Assembly: GCA_041671325.1 (NCBI GenBank) | Contig: JBAZBR010000002.1 | Coordinates: forward strand, 73,978-137,977 | DNA: 64,000 nt | Direction of reading: 5' to 3' | Origin: Patescibacteria group bacterium | Lineage (GTDB): Bacteria > Patescibacteriota > Patescibacteriia > PEXW01 | Shown: positions 29,740-38,904 of the stretch, piece by piece | Layout: every line of letters begins with the position of its first letter | Numbering within the stretch: the first letter of the stretch is position 1 | Position numbers and translations under genes: made by a program | Notes under the pieces: generated by a model | Databases searched by the model: none | Told to the model about the DNA's origin: nothing | The model's input: only the letters and a program-made list of their open reading frames with translations

Positions 29740-30470
29740 AAACAGAAGAGAAGACGTTAAAAACTGGTTGTTTACTAATTCATGGTTTTACTTCCTTTCG
29801 TACCAGTTTGGAAGCGGTAATACCTGAATTAGAAAAAAGGCAAATACCTTGGCATTATCCGATATTAGCCGGGCACAACACTCAGCCCGGAGATTTGCGA
29901 GGTAAAACTTGGGAGCACTGGCAAAATGATGTTCGGACTGGATTAGAGTACTTGTTACAAGAAACCGAGCAAGTGGTAATTATCGCTCTGTCTATGGGTA
30001 GCTTGCTAGCTTTGGAATTAGCCGCAGAATACCCCAATAAGGTTTCGGGGCTGGTTTTACTTTCCCCGGCTCTACGCTTTAAGTCGAGATTAGCCAGGCA
30101 CGCCCCAGTCATTTCAAAGTACTTAAAAATTTATCCAGGTGTAAACTTAGTAAGATTCAGCTCCATAAGCCTAGCTTTAAAGAATAAGGGCTATAATTGG
30201 TTTCCAGTTCAAACTTTTATGCATTATTGGCATAGAGCTCAAAATTTTGATGAAGTGTTGAAGAGGGTCCACCAATCGACTTTAATAATCCATTCCAAAA
30301 AAGACAGAATTGCCTTACCCTTGGGAGCTGAGCATGTTTTTAAAACTATTCCTAACCAGGAAAAAAAATTAGTTTGGCTGGAAAAATCTGGGCACGAAAT
30401 TTTATTGGACATGGAGACCGAAAAAGTGTTAGCGGAAATTTTTAAGTTTAAAGCCTTACAACCCCAGTAA
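29736..30470 (+). CDS. Alpha/beta-hydrolase fold esterase/lipase
   Basis: HGFTSF, nucleophile elbow LSMGS; start at internal ATG with GGGAGA RBS. Confidence 0.7.
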   Translation: MKTEEKTLKTGCLLIHGFTSFRTSLEAVIPELEKRQIPWHYPILAGHNTQPGDLRGKTWEHWQNDVRTGLEYLLQETEQVVIIALSMGSLLALELAAEYPNKVSGLVLLSPALRFKSRLARHAPVISKYLKIYPGVNLVRFSSISLALKNKGYNWFPVQTFMHYWHRAQNFDEVLKRVHQSTLIIHSKKDRIALPLGAEHVFKTIPNQEKKLVWLEKSGHEILLDMETEKVLAEIFKFKALQPQ

Positions 30471-30479
30471 TTTTAATTC

Positions 30480-30508
30480 TTGACTTAGTCTGAGTCCGGT
30501 GCTACTCT
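30480..30508 (+). promoter_or_regulatory. Putative promoter TTGACT-N17-TACTCT upstream of rplU
   Basis: Spacing and -35 consensus. Confidence 0.4.
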
Positions 30509-30538
30509 GCATGTACTTAGTTTTAAGCGGTAATTTTT

Positions 30539-30850
30539 ATGTCAAAATTCGCAGTTATTAAAACCGGCGGCAAGCAGTATTTGGTCAAAACTGGCCAAAC
30601 TTTGAAGGTGGAAAAGCTTGAAGGCAAGGAAAAAGGAAAAATAAGCTTTGACAAAGTTTTAATGGTTGCTGAAGATAATGAAGTCAAGATTGGCCAACCT
30701 TTGGTCAAGGGGGTTAAGGTTGAAGCGGAAATCATCAAACAAGGCTTGGGTCCAAAAATTTACGTAGAGACTTATAAAGCCAAAACCCGCAAGCACCGTA
30801 AAATTGGGCATCGGCAGTCTTTTACCGAAGTAAAAATAATCAAGATATAA
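30539..30850 (+). CDS. rplU: 50S ribosomal protein L21 (no rpmA downstream)
   Basis: MSKFAVIKTGGKQYLVKTGQ N-terminus. Confidence 0.93.
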   Translation: MSKFAVIKTGGKQYLVKTGQTLKVEKLEGKEKGKISFDKVLMVAEDNEVKIGQPLVKGVKVEAEIIKQGLGPKIYVETYKAKTRKHRKIGHRQSFTEVKIIKI

Positions 30851-30865
30851 ATTATCAAAAAATTT

Positions 30866-30896
30866 AAAAAATCAGGAAAATATCCTGATTTTTTAT
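30866..30896. terminator. Bidirectional terminator
   Basis: AAAAA-ATCAGGA-AAATA-TCCTGAT-TTTTT. Confidence 0.75.
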
Positions 30897-31942
30897 TTCT
30901 TCTTATTTACCATAGCCCAATAAGCATCAATTTCTGCTGGTGAGGTCAAAAATTTGCGCATGGCTTGGTGGAAGAGCGTCCATTTAGTTCCAGCCCGCCA
31001 AGCCTTGTCCGGTCCACCCGGAGTTTTTTTGGCTTCCCAGCGATTTTGAAAGAACGTGAAATCTCGACCACTCATTTTTATTAAAGCTCGAATAACATCG
31101 GGCTCGGTTCCTGCATAACGATTTTTTATTTTTTGCAATTGTGAGCTTTTAAACCAAATTTTTTCTGGACTATCATTTACCGTAAACTGGATGTCAATTT
31201 CCTTACTGGCATGGGGGTCTTCTTTTACAATAAATTCCTGTAAATGTTTAACATTAGCAATAATAAAATCAACATATTCTCTGACGTCTTGATTAGCGTT
31301 TGTATCATATACGTCAAAACCCGCTTTGACCCCGGCTTTTTTAAAGAAATTTTTTACAGCCAATTCAATTTTTTCACCAAAATGAAATATACCATTTTCC
31401 ATATCAGCCAGCATTCTTTCATAAGCTCCATGTGTATTTTCATGTAATCTAGGATTCTCTATTTGTTGCAATAATAAAGCCTTTTTGTAATCTAAGTTCA
31501 TTTCACTCCTGGTTTGGGCGTGTAAATAGGCCAGACGGATATCCCTGGAAACGCTTTTATCAAAATAATACCTCAAGCCCCAGTCAACATCAGTAGTTAT
31601 ATCCATTAAATCAATCTCTGCCCTTTCATCATTATCATCACGGTAAAAAAGCTGATCGCCTTCCTGTTCAATTTTCCAAACATCACGCTCTTGCTCAGGC
31701 CGGGTTTCCAAGCTTTCCAAATTGTTTGCTTGGATTTTAGCCTCTTCATATTTTTTCTGCATGCTTTCTTGTAAGGCTTCAATTTTCTGTTGGGTTTCTG
31801 CTGGTATTTCAAAATCCGTTTCAGGTAAGTCGAATTCACTCAAATCAAAAAGCCCTTCAGGGCATTCTTCTACTTCCGAAACGCTGATTCTTTGCTGGTC
31901 TTGGCTAATTTCTGGCAGAGTTTGGGTTTCGATTGGGGGCAT
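30893..31942 (-). CDS. Hypothetical protein (349 aa, acidic N-terminal half), last gene of dnaB-ybaB-recR operon
   Basis: Long ORF, 14-nt gap to recR; no recognizable motif. Confidence 0.6.
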   Translation of the reverse strand: MPPIETQTLPEISQDQQRISVSEVEECPEGLFDLSEFDLPETDFEIPAETQQKIEALQESMQKKYEEAKIQANNLESLETRPEQERDVWKIEQEGDQLFYRDDNDERAEIDLMDITTDVDWGLRYYFDKSVSRDIRLAYLHAQTRSEMNLDYKKALLLQQIENPRLHENTHGAYERMLADMENGIFHFGEKIELAVKNFFKKAGVKAGFDVYDTNANQDVREYVDFIIANVKHLQEFIVKEDPHASKEIDIQFTVNDSPEKIWFKSSQLQKIKNRYAGTEPDVIRALIKMSGRDFTFFQNRWEAKKTPGGPDKAWRAGTKWTLFHQAMRKFLTSPAEIDAYWAMVNKKK

Positions 31943-31955
31943 TAGAGTGGAAAAA

Positions 31956-32561
31956 TTAAAGCGTTTTCCGGCCTTTTAAGGCATCGCCCAGGGTCACCTC
32001 ATCAGCGTATTCCAAATCTGCGCCTAAAGGCAAACCCCTGGCTAAACGGCTTAATTTGACGTTTAAAGGCCGTAAAGTTTTGGTTAAGTATAAAATCGTG
32101 GTTTCACCTTCAACATCAGGGTTAAGGGCAAAAATCACTTCTTTGATTTGGGGCTTGGTTTTTTGCAGTTTAGCAACCAAACTCTTGATGTTCAAATCCT
32201 CGGCAGTAATCCCGGTTATGGGGTTTAAAGTCCCGCCCAGTACGTGGTAGACCCCGTGGAATTCATTAGTCCTTTCTACGGCGACTAAATCTTGGGTTTC
32301 GGCTACCACGCAGAGCATTGCGTGGTCCCTTTTTTCATCCTTGCAGATTTTGCAGGGGGAATTGGAATTCCACTGGCCACAGAAAGCGCATTGTTTGATG
32401 CCGTCTTTAACACTAGCTAAAGCTTTGATTAATTGCTGGCGGTCGTCATCCCGGATTTTTACCAAATAAAAAGCCAAGCGCTCTGCAGACTTGGGGCCGA
32501 TCCCCGGCAAGCGGTTTAATAAATCAATCAAATTTTGGAGGCTGTCTGCGTATAAAGCCAT
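31956..32561 (-). CDS. recR: Recombination protein RecR
   Basis: C4 zinc finger CAFCGQ...CKIC, Toprim. Confidence 0.93.
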   Translation of the reverse strand: MALYADSLQNLIDLLNRLPGIGPKSAERLAFYLVKIRDDDRQQLIKALASVKDGIKQCAFCGQWNSNSPCKICKDEKRDHAMLCVVAETQDLVAVERTNEFHGVYHVLGGTLNPITGITAEDLNIKSLVAKLQKTKPQIKEVIFALNPDVEGETTILYLTKTLRPLNVKLSRLARGLPLGADLEYADEVTLGDALKGRKTL

Positions 32562-32570
32562 GGACTAATA

Positions 32571-32864
32571 TTAACCCAAATTCGGCAAGCCGCCCATGTC
32601 TTTGACCTTTTTAGCCATTTTATGCTGAGCTTTTTTAATGGCATCATTCACTGCCTCTTGCACGCCTTTTTGGACGTCGCTTTGCTTGCTGGGTGAAAGC
32701 AAGTCCGGATCGATTTTCACTTCTTCGACATTTTGGTTGCCATCCATGGAGATTTTGACCTTGCCCCAGGCGCCGCTGCCTTCGACGCTTTCTTCTTTTA
32801 AAGCGCCTTGGATTTTTTTGGCTTGGGTGCGGTAATCTTTGATTTGCTTGAGTTTTTCAAACAT
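32571..32864 (-). CDS. ybaB: Nucleoid-associated protein YbaB/EbfC
   Basis: Homology. Confidence 0.9.
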   Translation of the reverse strand: MFEKLKQIKDYRTQAKKIQGALKEESVEGSGAWGKVKISMDGNQNVEEVKIDPDLLSPSKQSDVQKGVQEAVNDAIKKAQHKMAKKVKDMGGLPNLG

Positions 32865-32890
32865 ATTAGTAAATTATTAGTTTTAAAATT

Positions 32891-34273
32891 TTAAGCTGGG
32901 GGCAGGCCGACAATGCTTTCGTCAGCCTTGCTTTCAAACCTGACCTTGTTTTCGTTGAAAATCATATCCACATGCCCGGTCGGGCCATTGCGGTGCTTAG
33001 CCACATGGATTTCAGCAATATTCTTTTTCAAGGGGTCAATATCCCGGTCATACATGGCTGGCCGGTAAATAAACATGACCACATCCGCGTCTTGTTCAAT
33101 AGAGCCGGATTCTCGCAAGTCAGCTAATTGCGGAATTTTTCGTTCCCGGTTTTCAACCGCACGGGACAATTGGGACAAGGCAATAACTGGGATATTCAAT
33201 TCCCGGGCAATAGCCTTTAAACCCCGGGTGATTTCCGCCACTTCTTGCACGCGGTTTTCAATGCCACTGCGGCCTTCCATCAGCTGTAAATAATCCACGA
33301 CAATCATGCCTAAGCCGTGTTCAGCTTGTAAGCGCCGGGCTTTGGTCCGCATCATCATGACATTGCTGGTGGCTGAATCATCAATAAAAATCGGGGCTTC
33401 GGATAAGACGCCCATGGCATGGCCAATTTTTGGAAAATCATTATCTTCCGGGCTATCTGATAACCGGCCAGTCCGCATTTTCCATAAGTCCACGCCGGCT
33501 TCAGCACAGAGCATCCTGTCTACTAATTGTTCTTTGGACATTTCTAAAGAAAACAAGCCAACGGGTATGCCGGATTTTATGGCTGCGTGCCTGGCAAAAT
33601 CCAAAGCCAAAGTAGTTTTGCCCATACTCGGCCTGGCCGCGACAATAATCAAATCGCTTTTTTGGAAACCGGCTAACAGCCTGTCAATATCCGGAAAGCC
33701 GCTGGTCACGCCGCGTAATTTGCCTGCGCCTTTATGCAATTCATCAATCCGGTCAAAGGCTTCGGAGAGGACCGAACGGATAGGAATGAAATTTTGCTTT
33801 AAATACCTTTGGGAAACGGAGAAAATGGATTGTTCGGCTTCATCAAGGATTTTTTCAACGTCTTCCTCCTCTTGATAACCGATACTGCTGATTTCGGTGG
33901 CTGCGGAAAGCAAGCGCCTAAGCGTGGCTTTTCTTTGGACGATATTGGCGTAATTAACCACGTTGCTGGCCGTCGGCACGGTATTGGCCAAAGAGGTGAG
34001 CGCGCTTAAACCCCCGATTTTTTCCAACTGTTTCTTGTCTTCTAAACGGTTGGAAAGGCTGACGACATCAATTGGCTCATGCGCTTCATATAAATCCTGC
34101 ATGGCTTCGTAAATCCAGCCATGGATATCGCGGTAAAAATCTTCGGTTCTTAAGATGTCCGCAACCTTTATAATCGCGTCTTTATCGATTAAAAGCGAGC
34201 CTAAAAGCGCTTGTTCGGCTTCCAGGTTTTGGGGCGGGATTTTATCAACGGGATTTAGTTGTTTTTCGGGCAT
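32891..34273 (-). CDS. dnaB: Replicative DNA helicase DnaB
   Basis: Walker A GARPSMGKTT; DnaB N- and C-domains. Confidence 0.95.
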   Translation of the reverse strand: MPEKQLNPVDKIPPQNLEAEQALLGSLLIDKDAIIKVADILRTEDFYRDIHGWIYEAMQDLYEAHEPIDVVSLSNRLEDKKQLEKIGGLSALTSLANTVPTASNVVNYANIVQRKATLRRLLSAATEISSIGYQEEEDVEKILDEAEQSIFSVSQRYLKQNFIPIRSVLSEAFDRIDELHKGAGKLRGVTSGFPDIDRLLAGFQKSDLIIVAARPSMGKTTLALDFARHAAIKSGIPVGLFSLEMSKEQLVDRMLCAEAGVDLWKMRTGRLSDSPEDNDFPKIGHAMGVLSEAPIFIDDSATSNVMMMRTKARRLQAEHGLGMIVVDYLQLMEGRSGIENRVQEVAEITRGLKAIARELNIPVIALSQLSRAVENRERKIPQLADLRESGSIEQDADVVMFIYRPAMYDRDIDPLKKNIAEIHVAKHRNGPTGHVDMIFNENKVRFESKADESIVGLPPA

Positions 34274-34372
34274 AGGGTTTACTCATCTTACCTAGCTTAT
34301 TTGACCAAAGCAAGGCTTAAAATCTCCCCAGTTTTTCCACTTTTTATGGGTTTTATGTTATGCTGGTTGCCT

Positions 34373-34900
34373 ATGATAGACCAGCAACCAATCTTAGTGG
34401 TTTTAGATGTGGAAACCACGGGCCTGAATCCAGAAGAGGGCCATGAAGTAATCGAAGTTGCGGCGCAAAAAATCCAAGGCAAGAAAGTGGTAGGGGAATA
34501 TGTCAGTTTGGTGGCAACTAGCCGGATTATTGATTCGGCAACGGAAAAAATCCATGGGATTTCTAATGCCCTTCTGGCCGTCGAAGGCCGGCCTGGTTCG
34601 GAAGTTTTTCCAGAGTTAGTAAATTATATCGGCCAGGCGCCCATTATCGGCCACAACATCAGCTTTGATATGGCTTTTATCAATGCACATCTTAAAAGAC
34701 TGGGCTTGCCAATTTTGACAAACCCAACGCTGGATACCATTGCCCATGCCAAGCGGTATTTATTAATTCCTAGTTACAGTTTGGAAAAAGTTGCCGCTTA
34801 CTTAAAAGTGCCTCAGCCCAAAGCCCACCGGGCCAAGGCCGACGTGGAAACGACCCGGGAAGTTTTTTGGAAGTTGGTAGAACGGGCGAAAGGAAAGTAG
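34373..34900 (+). CDS. DnaQ-like 3'-5' exonuclease (DEDDh, pol III epsilon family)
   Basis: ILVVLDVETTGLNP, GHNISFDMAF, HRAKADV; start ambiguous (ATGs at 34346/34355/34373). Confidence 0.8.
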   Translation: MIDQQPILVVLDVETTGLNPEEGHEVIEVAAQKIQGKKVVGEYVSLVATSRIIDSATEKIHGISNALLAVEGRPGSEVFPELVNYIGQAPIIGHNISFDMAFINAHLKRLGLPILTNPTLDTIAHAKRYLLIPSYSLEKVAAYLKVPQPKAHRAKADVETTREVFWKLVERAKGK

Positions 34901-35069
34901 GCCTAAAAATGCTTGCGAGTAGCAAAGTAAATTACGCCCAGCACTACAACCAATAAAATTACGACGATGATTTGTCCTCCAGACATATGTTTTTAGTATA
35001 GGTGGTTTGTTTTTTAAAATAAAGCATGCGATACTTTGTATATCAAGATCTTAATTTTTCACTAATTAT

Positions 35070-35609
35070 ATGGATAATCCACCACAAAACCAAGCAAATC
35101 CCGAAGTAAAAGAAACAAAGAAACCGCTATGGTTTAAGATTATTATAACTTTTGTCATTATCTTAATCGCGGCTATAATTTTTTATGTGTTTGTTTATTT
35201 CACCCAAGGGAATATAACATTTAGCAGGTTGGCAGCACCAATAATTGGTATTTCCCAATTAGAATGTAAATTAAATAAAGGTATTCACTATGTTAATTTA
35301 AATGGAGTCCAGAACATTTGCTTAAAAAAATCCGTTAATGCCGGGAAAGTTTGTACTCATGACAGAGATTGCCAGGGCGGAGGTTGCATGCCATCTGCTA
35401 CAAGGAGTAATGAGACGGGCCCATTTTCAAATTGGCAAGGTACCCCAAAATTTAATGATAAGGGCGAGTTAACGGGTATTTGTAGTGATCTTGATTATTC
35501 AGATTGGCCAACTAAAGATGCGGATAAAATAAACTCTGGCGGATGCAATTTTCCAATCGGGACAATTGATAATCAAACGTATGGAGATAGCGGGTGTTTA
35601 ATTTTTTAG
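35070..35609 (+). CDS. Membrane-anchored Cys-rich hypothetical protein
   Basis: N-terminal TM, about a dozen Cys in the ectodomain. Confidence 0.6.
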   Translation: MDNPPQNQANPEVKETKKPLWFKIIITFVIILIAAIIFYVFVYFTQGNITFSRLAAPIIGISQLECKLNKGIHYVNLNGVQNICLKKSVNAGKVCTHDRDCQGGGCMPSATRSNETGPFSNWQGTPKFNDKGELTGICSDLDYSDWPTKDADKINSGGCNFPIGTIDNQTYGDSGCLIF

Positions 35610-35626
35610 TTAAGTAAAAAATTTTC

Positions 35627-35786
35627 GGAAAGTGGTGCGCTTGCAGAACATAAAATACCGCAGAAACGAGGAACGGACTGAGCGAAGTGAAGGAGTACGC
35701 GTTTCTGCGGAAAAGCGGCGCGTTTGTGAAACCCGAAGTAGCCTCGCAAATGCGGGGATACGCAGGGTGTAACAAACGATGACGCG
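35627..35786. repeat. Solo half of the IR element (GGAAAGTGGTGCG) followed by a GC-rich structured element (11-bp perfect stem CCGCAGAAACG/CGTTTCTGCGG) related to 56190-56330
   Basis: Shared blocks GCA(G)AAACGAGGA ... ACGCGTTT..GC..GAAAAGCG with the element after cspA. Confidence 0.5.
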
Positions 35787-35862
35787 TGGTGCGCCCAGGA
35801 GGAATCGAACCTCCAACCTTGGGCTTAAAAGGCCCCTGCTCTGCCAATTGAGCTATAGGCGC
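35787..35862 (-). tRNA. tRNA-Lys (anticodon TTT)
   Basis: Cloverleaf: acceptor GCGCCTA/TGGGCGC, D-arm GCTC..GAGC, anticodon loop CTTTTAA, T-arm GGAGG-TTCGATT-CCTCC, CCA encoded. Confidence 0.8.
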
Positions 35863-35959
35863 ATGGCAAATCATAATGTTCGTATTGTGCCTTATATTTA
35901 AAATTATTTCAAGTCCAATTAATTAAGACTCCCCAAAATTAACATGCTAAAATATAGGC

Positions 35960-38623
35960 ATGGAGTTTTGTCGCGCCACCAACCTAAAAATTGACGAGGT
36001 TTTGCATAAATTTGACGCTTCCAGCAAGGGTTTGAATGGTTTGGAAGTTGATGAGCGTTTGAAGAATTATGGGGAAAACAAGCTGCCCAATAAGGAAGGC
36101 GTAAATTCCTTAAGAACCCTGGTCAGGCAATTTGAAAGCAGTCTGGTTATCATCCTTCTAGTTGCGGCAGTTATTAGTTTTGCCTTGGGCGATAAATTAG
36201 ACGGTTCAGTGATTTTGGCGGCTATTGCCTTGAACGTGGTCGTTGGGTTTTTCCAGGAGTACCGGGCAGAAAGGGCCTTATCAGCTTTGCAAAAAGTCGC
36301 CACTTTCACAGCCACGGTTTTGCGCGACGGCCGGGAGCGGGATATTGACGCCTCGAAAATCGTACCCGGTGATATTTTAGTTTTACACGCTGGCCAGAAA
36401 GTGGCGGCAGATTCCAGGCTTTTGGAACTGAATGAATTAGAAATAAATGAAGCGTCTTTGACCGGTGAATCAGAACCGGTCAACAAAACCACTCATATCT
36501 TGCCAGAGGCGGTGACCATATCTGAGCAAACCAATATGGTTTTTGCTGGCACGGTTATTGTCCGTGGTCGGGGTTTGGCCGTGGTTTGCCAAACCGGCTT
36601 AAACACTGAATTGGGGAAAATCGCCTCAATGCTCCAAACCACAATCACCGAAAAAACCCCCCTACAGAGGAAGCTGATAAAATTGAGTTGGGACATAACT
36701 GTGGTGATTTTAGCTGTGGCGCTTCTGGTATTCCTTTTCGGGATTTTTAAGCTATATGATGTTGAAGCCATGTTCACTACTTCGGTGGCCGTGGCCGTGG
36801 CTGCCATTCCCGAAGGTTTAGCAGTTGTTGTTACGGTAATTTTAGCTATCGGCATGCAACACATGTTAAAGCGCAGAGCATTAGCCAGATCCCTTTTAGC
36901 GGCAGAAGCTTTAGGCTCGATTACTATAATCGCCACAGATAAGACGGGTACTGTAACCGAAGGTTATATGCGGGTGGTGAAAATCCTGACGCACGACAAG
37001 CAAATAATCCATCCACGCCAGGATCCGGGCGAACCAGACCCCAGCGCCTTGATGGTCTTGAAAATTGCGGCTTTGGCTTCTGATGCCAGTATCGAGAATC
37101 CTGATCGGCCATTGGAAGAATGGGATATTCGGGGGAATTTGACCGAAAGGGCTTTGGTCAGGGCTGCGGCAGAAGTCGGTTTCAACTTATTAGCCTTGAG
37201 AAAGCAATACCCGCGCTTGGCTGACGTGCCTTTTGATTCCAGTCGAAGATTCATGGCGGTTTTGTGTGAAAAATCCGGTGATGGATATTTTGTTTTTGTA
37301 AAAGGCGCACCAGAAGTCTTGGTTGCCCATGCAAAATTCATTGATGAAAACGGCAAGCCAGTTTTATTGACTGCCGAAAGGAAAAAAGCTTTTGAAAACC
37401 AGGTTAAAGACATGAGTAGCCAGGGCTTGCGAGCCTTGGCTGTGGGTTTTCGCAAGCTTGACCATAAATATGAAGGAGGTTTTGATGAGGGGTATGCACT
37501 GGATAATTTAAGTTTGGTGGGCGTAGTTGGCATCCAAGATCCTTTACGTAAAGATGCTGCAGAAACTATTGAAACTTTAAAAAGGGCTGGCATTAAAACC
37601 GTCATGCTCACCGGTGATAATCAAGCCACAGCCCAAACCATTTCCGAGGGTTTAGGTTTGCTGAAAGATGGTGGTGAAGTCATGGACGGCAGGGAACTGG
37701 AAAAATATGACGAGGAGCATTTGAAAGATAGAGTTAAAGACGTAAAAGTTTTTGCCCGTGTCAGTCCTCGGGATAAGTTAAGGATTGTTGACGCCTGGCA
37801 AGCTCGCGGTGAAGTCGTGGCCATGACTGGCGATGGCGTCAATGATGCACCAGCCCTGAAAGCCGCCAATATTGGCGTGGCATTGGGTTCAGGTACGGAC
37901 GTGGCCAAGGAAGCAGCAGATTTAGTTTTACTGGATAACAGCCTTTCCACCATTGCTAATGCGGTTTTTGAAGGTCGGGTCATTTACCGCAACATGAAGC
38001 GGGTAATTTTATATTTAGTTGCCGGGTCTTTTGTGGAGTTGACGGTGGTAGTTGGCGCTTTGGTCATCGGCTGGCCCTTGCCTATGAGTGCCGCCCAAAT
38101 CCTCTGGATAAATTTGGTCACTGATTCTTTGCCGACCATAAGCATGACCCAAGAGCCGGCTGATCCTGGAATATTGGAAGAGCCACCGGTCAAACCGACC
38201 CGGCCGATTATCGGCAATTTCACCCGGTTTATGATGTTGTTATTAGCCTTAACTGTCGGTGGCGGCAGTCTTTTGCTTTTCTGGCTTGGCTGGTCAGATG
38301 GCCAAGCCCTGGCTTATGGCCGAACCATGGTTTTTACTTCCATCAGCGTCGTGCATTTAATGGTTGTTTTTACCACCCGAACCTTGAGGCGGCCAATGTA
38401 TTACACTTCGCCGTTTCATAATCCCTCCTTAATCTTTGCAGTTTTTATCTCCTTGGCTCTGCAATTAGTGGCAGTGTATACATCTTTTGGCCAAAGGGTT
38501 TTTGGGACTATACCTTTAGGCATAAGTGATTGGGCGTTAATTCTCTTGCTTGGTGTGATAACCATCGTCATTTGTGAATTTAGCAAGATTTGGTTTAGGC
38601 GGAGACAAATAGCCGAAGCTTAA
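35960..38623 (+). CDS. P-type cation-transporting ATPase (type II, Ca/Mg-like)
   Basis: DKTGTVTE phosphorylation site, MLTGDN, GDGVNDAPAL. Confidence 0.9.
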   Translation: MEFCRATNLKIDEVLHKFDASSKGLNGLEVDERLKNYGENKLPNKEGVNSLRTLVRQFESSLVIILLVAAVISFALGDKLDGSVILAAIALNVVVGFFQEYRAERALSALQKVATFTATVLRDGRERDIDASKIVPGDILVLHAGQKVAADSRLLELNELEINEASLTGESEPVNKTTHILPEAVTISEQTNMVFAGTVIVRGRGLAVVCQTGLNTELGKIASMLQTTITEKTPLQRKLIKLSWDITVVILAVALLVFLFGIFKLYDVEAMFTTSVAVAVAAIPEGLAVVVTVILAIGMQHMLKRRALARSLLAAEALGSITIIATDKTGTVTEGYMRVVKILTHDKQIIHPRQDPGEPDPSALMVLKIAALASDASIENPDRPLEEWDIRGNLTERALVRAAAEVGFNLLALRKQYPRLADVPFDSSRRFMAVLCEKSGDGYFVFVKGAPEVLVAHAKFIDENGKPVLLTAERKKAFENQVKDMSSQGLRALAVGFRKLDHKYEGGFDEGYALDNLSLVGVVGIQDPLRKDAAETIETLKRAGIKTVMLTGDNQATAQTISEGLGLLKDGGEVMDGRELEKYDEEHLKDRVKDVKVFARVSPRDKLRIVDAWQARGEVVAMTGDGVNDAPALKAANIGVALGSGTDVAKEAADLVLLDNSLSTIANAVFEGRVIYRNMKRVILYLVAGSFVELTVVVGALVIGWPLPMSAAQILWINLVTDSLPTISMTQEPADPGILEEPPVKPTRPIIGNFTRFMMLLLALTVGGGSLLLFWLGWSDGQALAYGRTMVFTSISVVHLMVVFTTRTLRRPMYYTSPFHNPSLIFAVFISLALQLVAVYTSFGQRVFGTIPLGISDWALILLLGVITIVICEFSKIWFRRRQIAEA

Positions 38624-38689
38624 GAAAAATTTCGCCACTTAACAACAACGTAGGGCAGTTTTTGTTAAGCTAAGGTCTAGTAGTAAATT

Positions 38690-38830
38690 AATTATTTTCC
38701 CCTCTCATATAAAGGAGAGGGTGGCCGGAGGCCGGGTGAGGTTGGCTAAAATTAATTACTATTATTCCGATATTCCGAGTACCCTCACCCCCTTCCCTCT
38801 CCCAGTGGGAGAGGGGGTGGTTTTATAACA
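38690..38830 (+). promoter_or_regulatory. Cluster of GC-rich hairpins in the asnS upstream region
   Basis: CCCTCTC/GAGAGGG; GGGTGAGG/CCTCACCC; CCTCTCCC/GGGAGAGG followed by GGTGGTTTTAT. Confidence 0.45.
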
Positions 38831-38904
38831 TATTCATATATTTTTGTATTTGCCAAAAAGCCTAAAAATTAGTATAGTTAAGGGGCAATTATTTATTAAT
38901 TCCC

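Noticed and set aside
35512-35874. Minus-strand ORFs 35512..35874 and 35610..35816
   Set aside because: They overlap tRNA-Lys and the GC-rich structured element and have no RBS. They are explained by GC-rich non-coding sequence.
38650-38904. T-box riboswitch upstream of asnS
   Set aside because: The GGGTGG-like string and hairpins are suggestive, but I cannot identify a specifier loop or antiterminator/terminator alternative by eye. It is kept only as a low-confidence structured leader.
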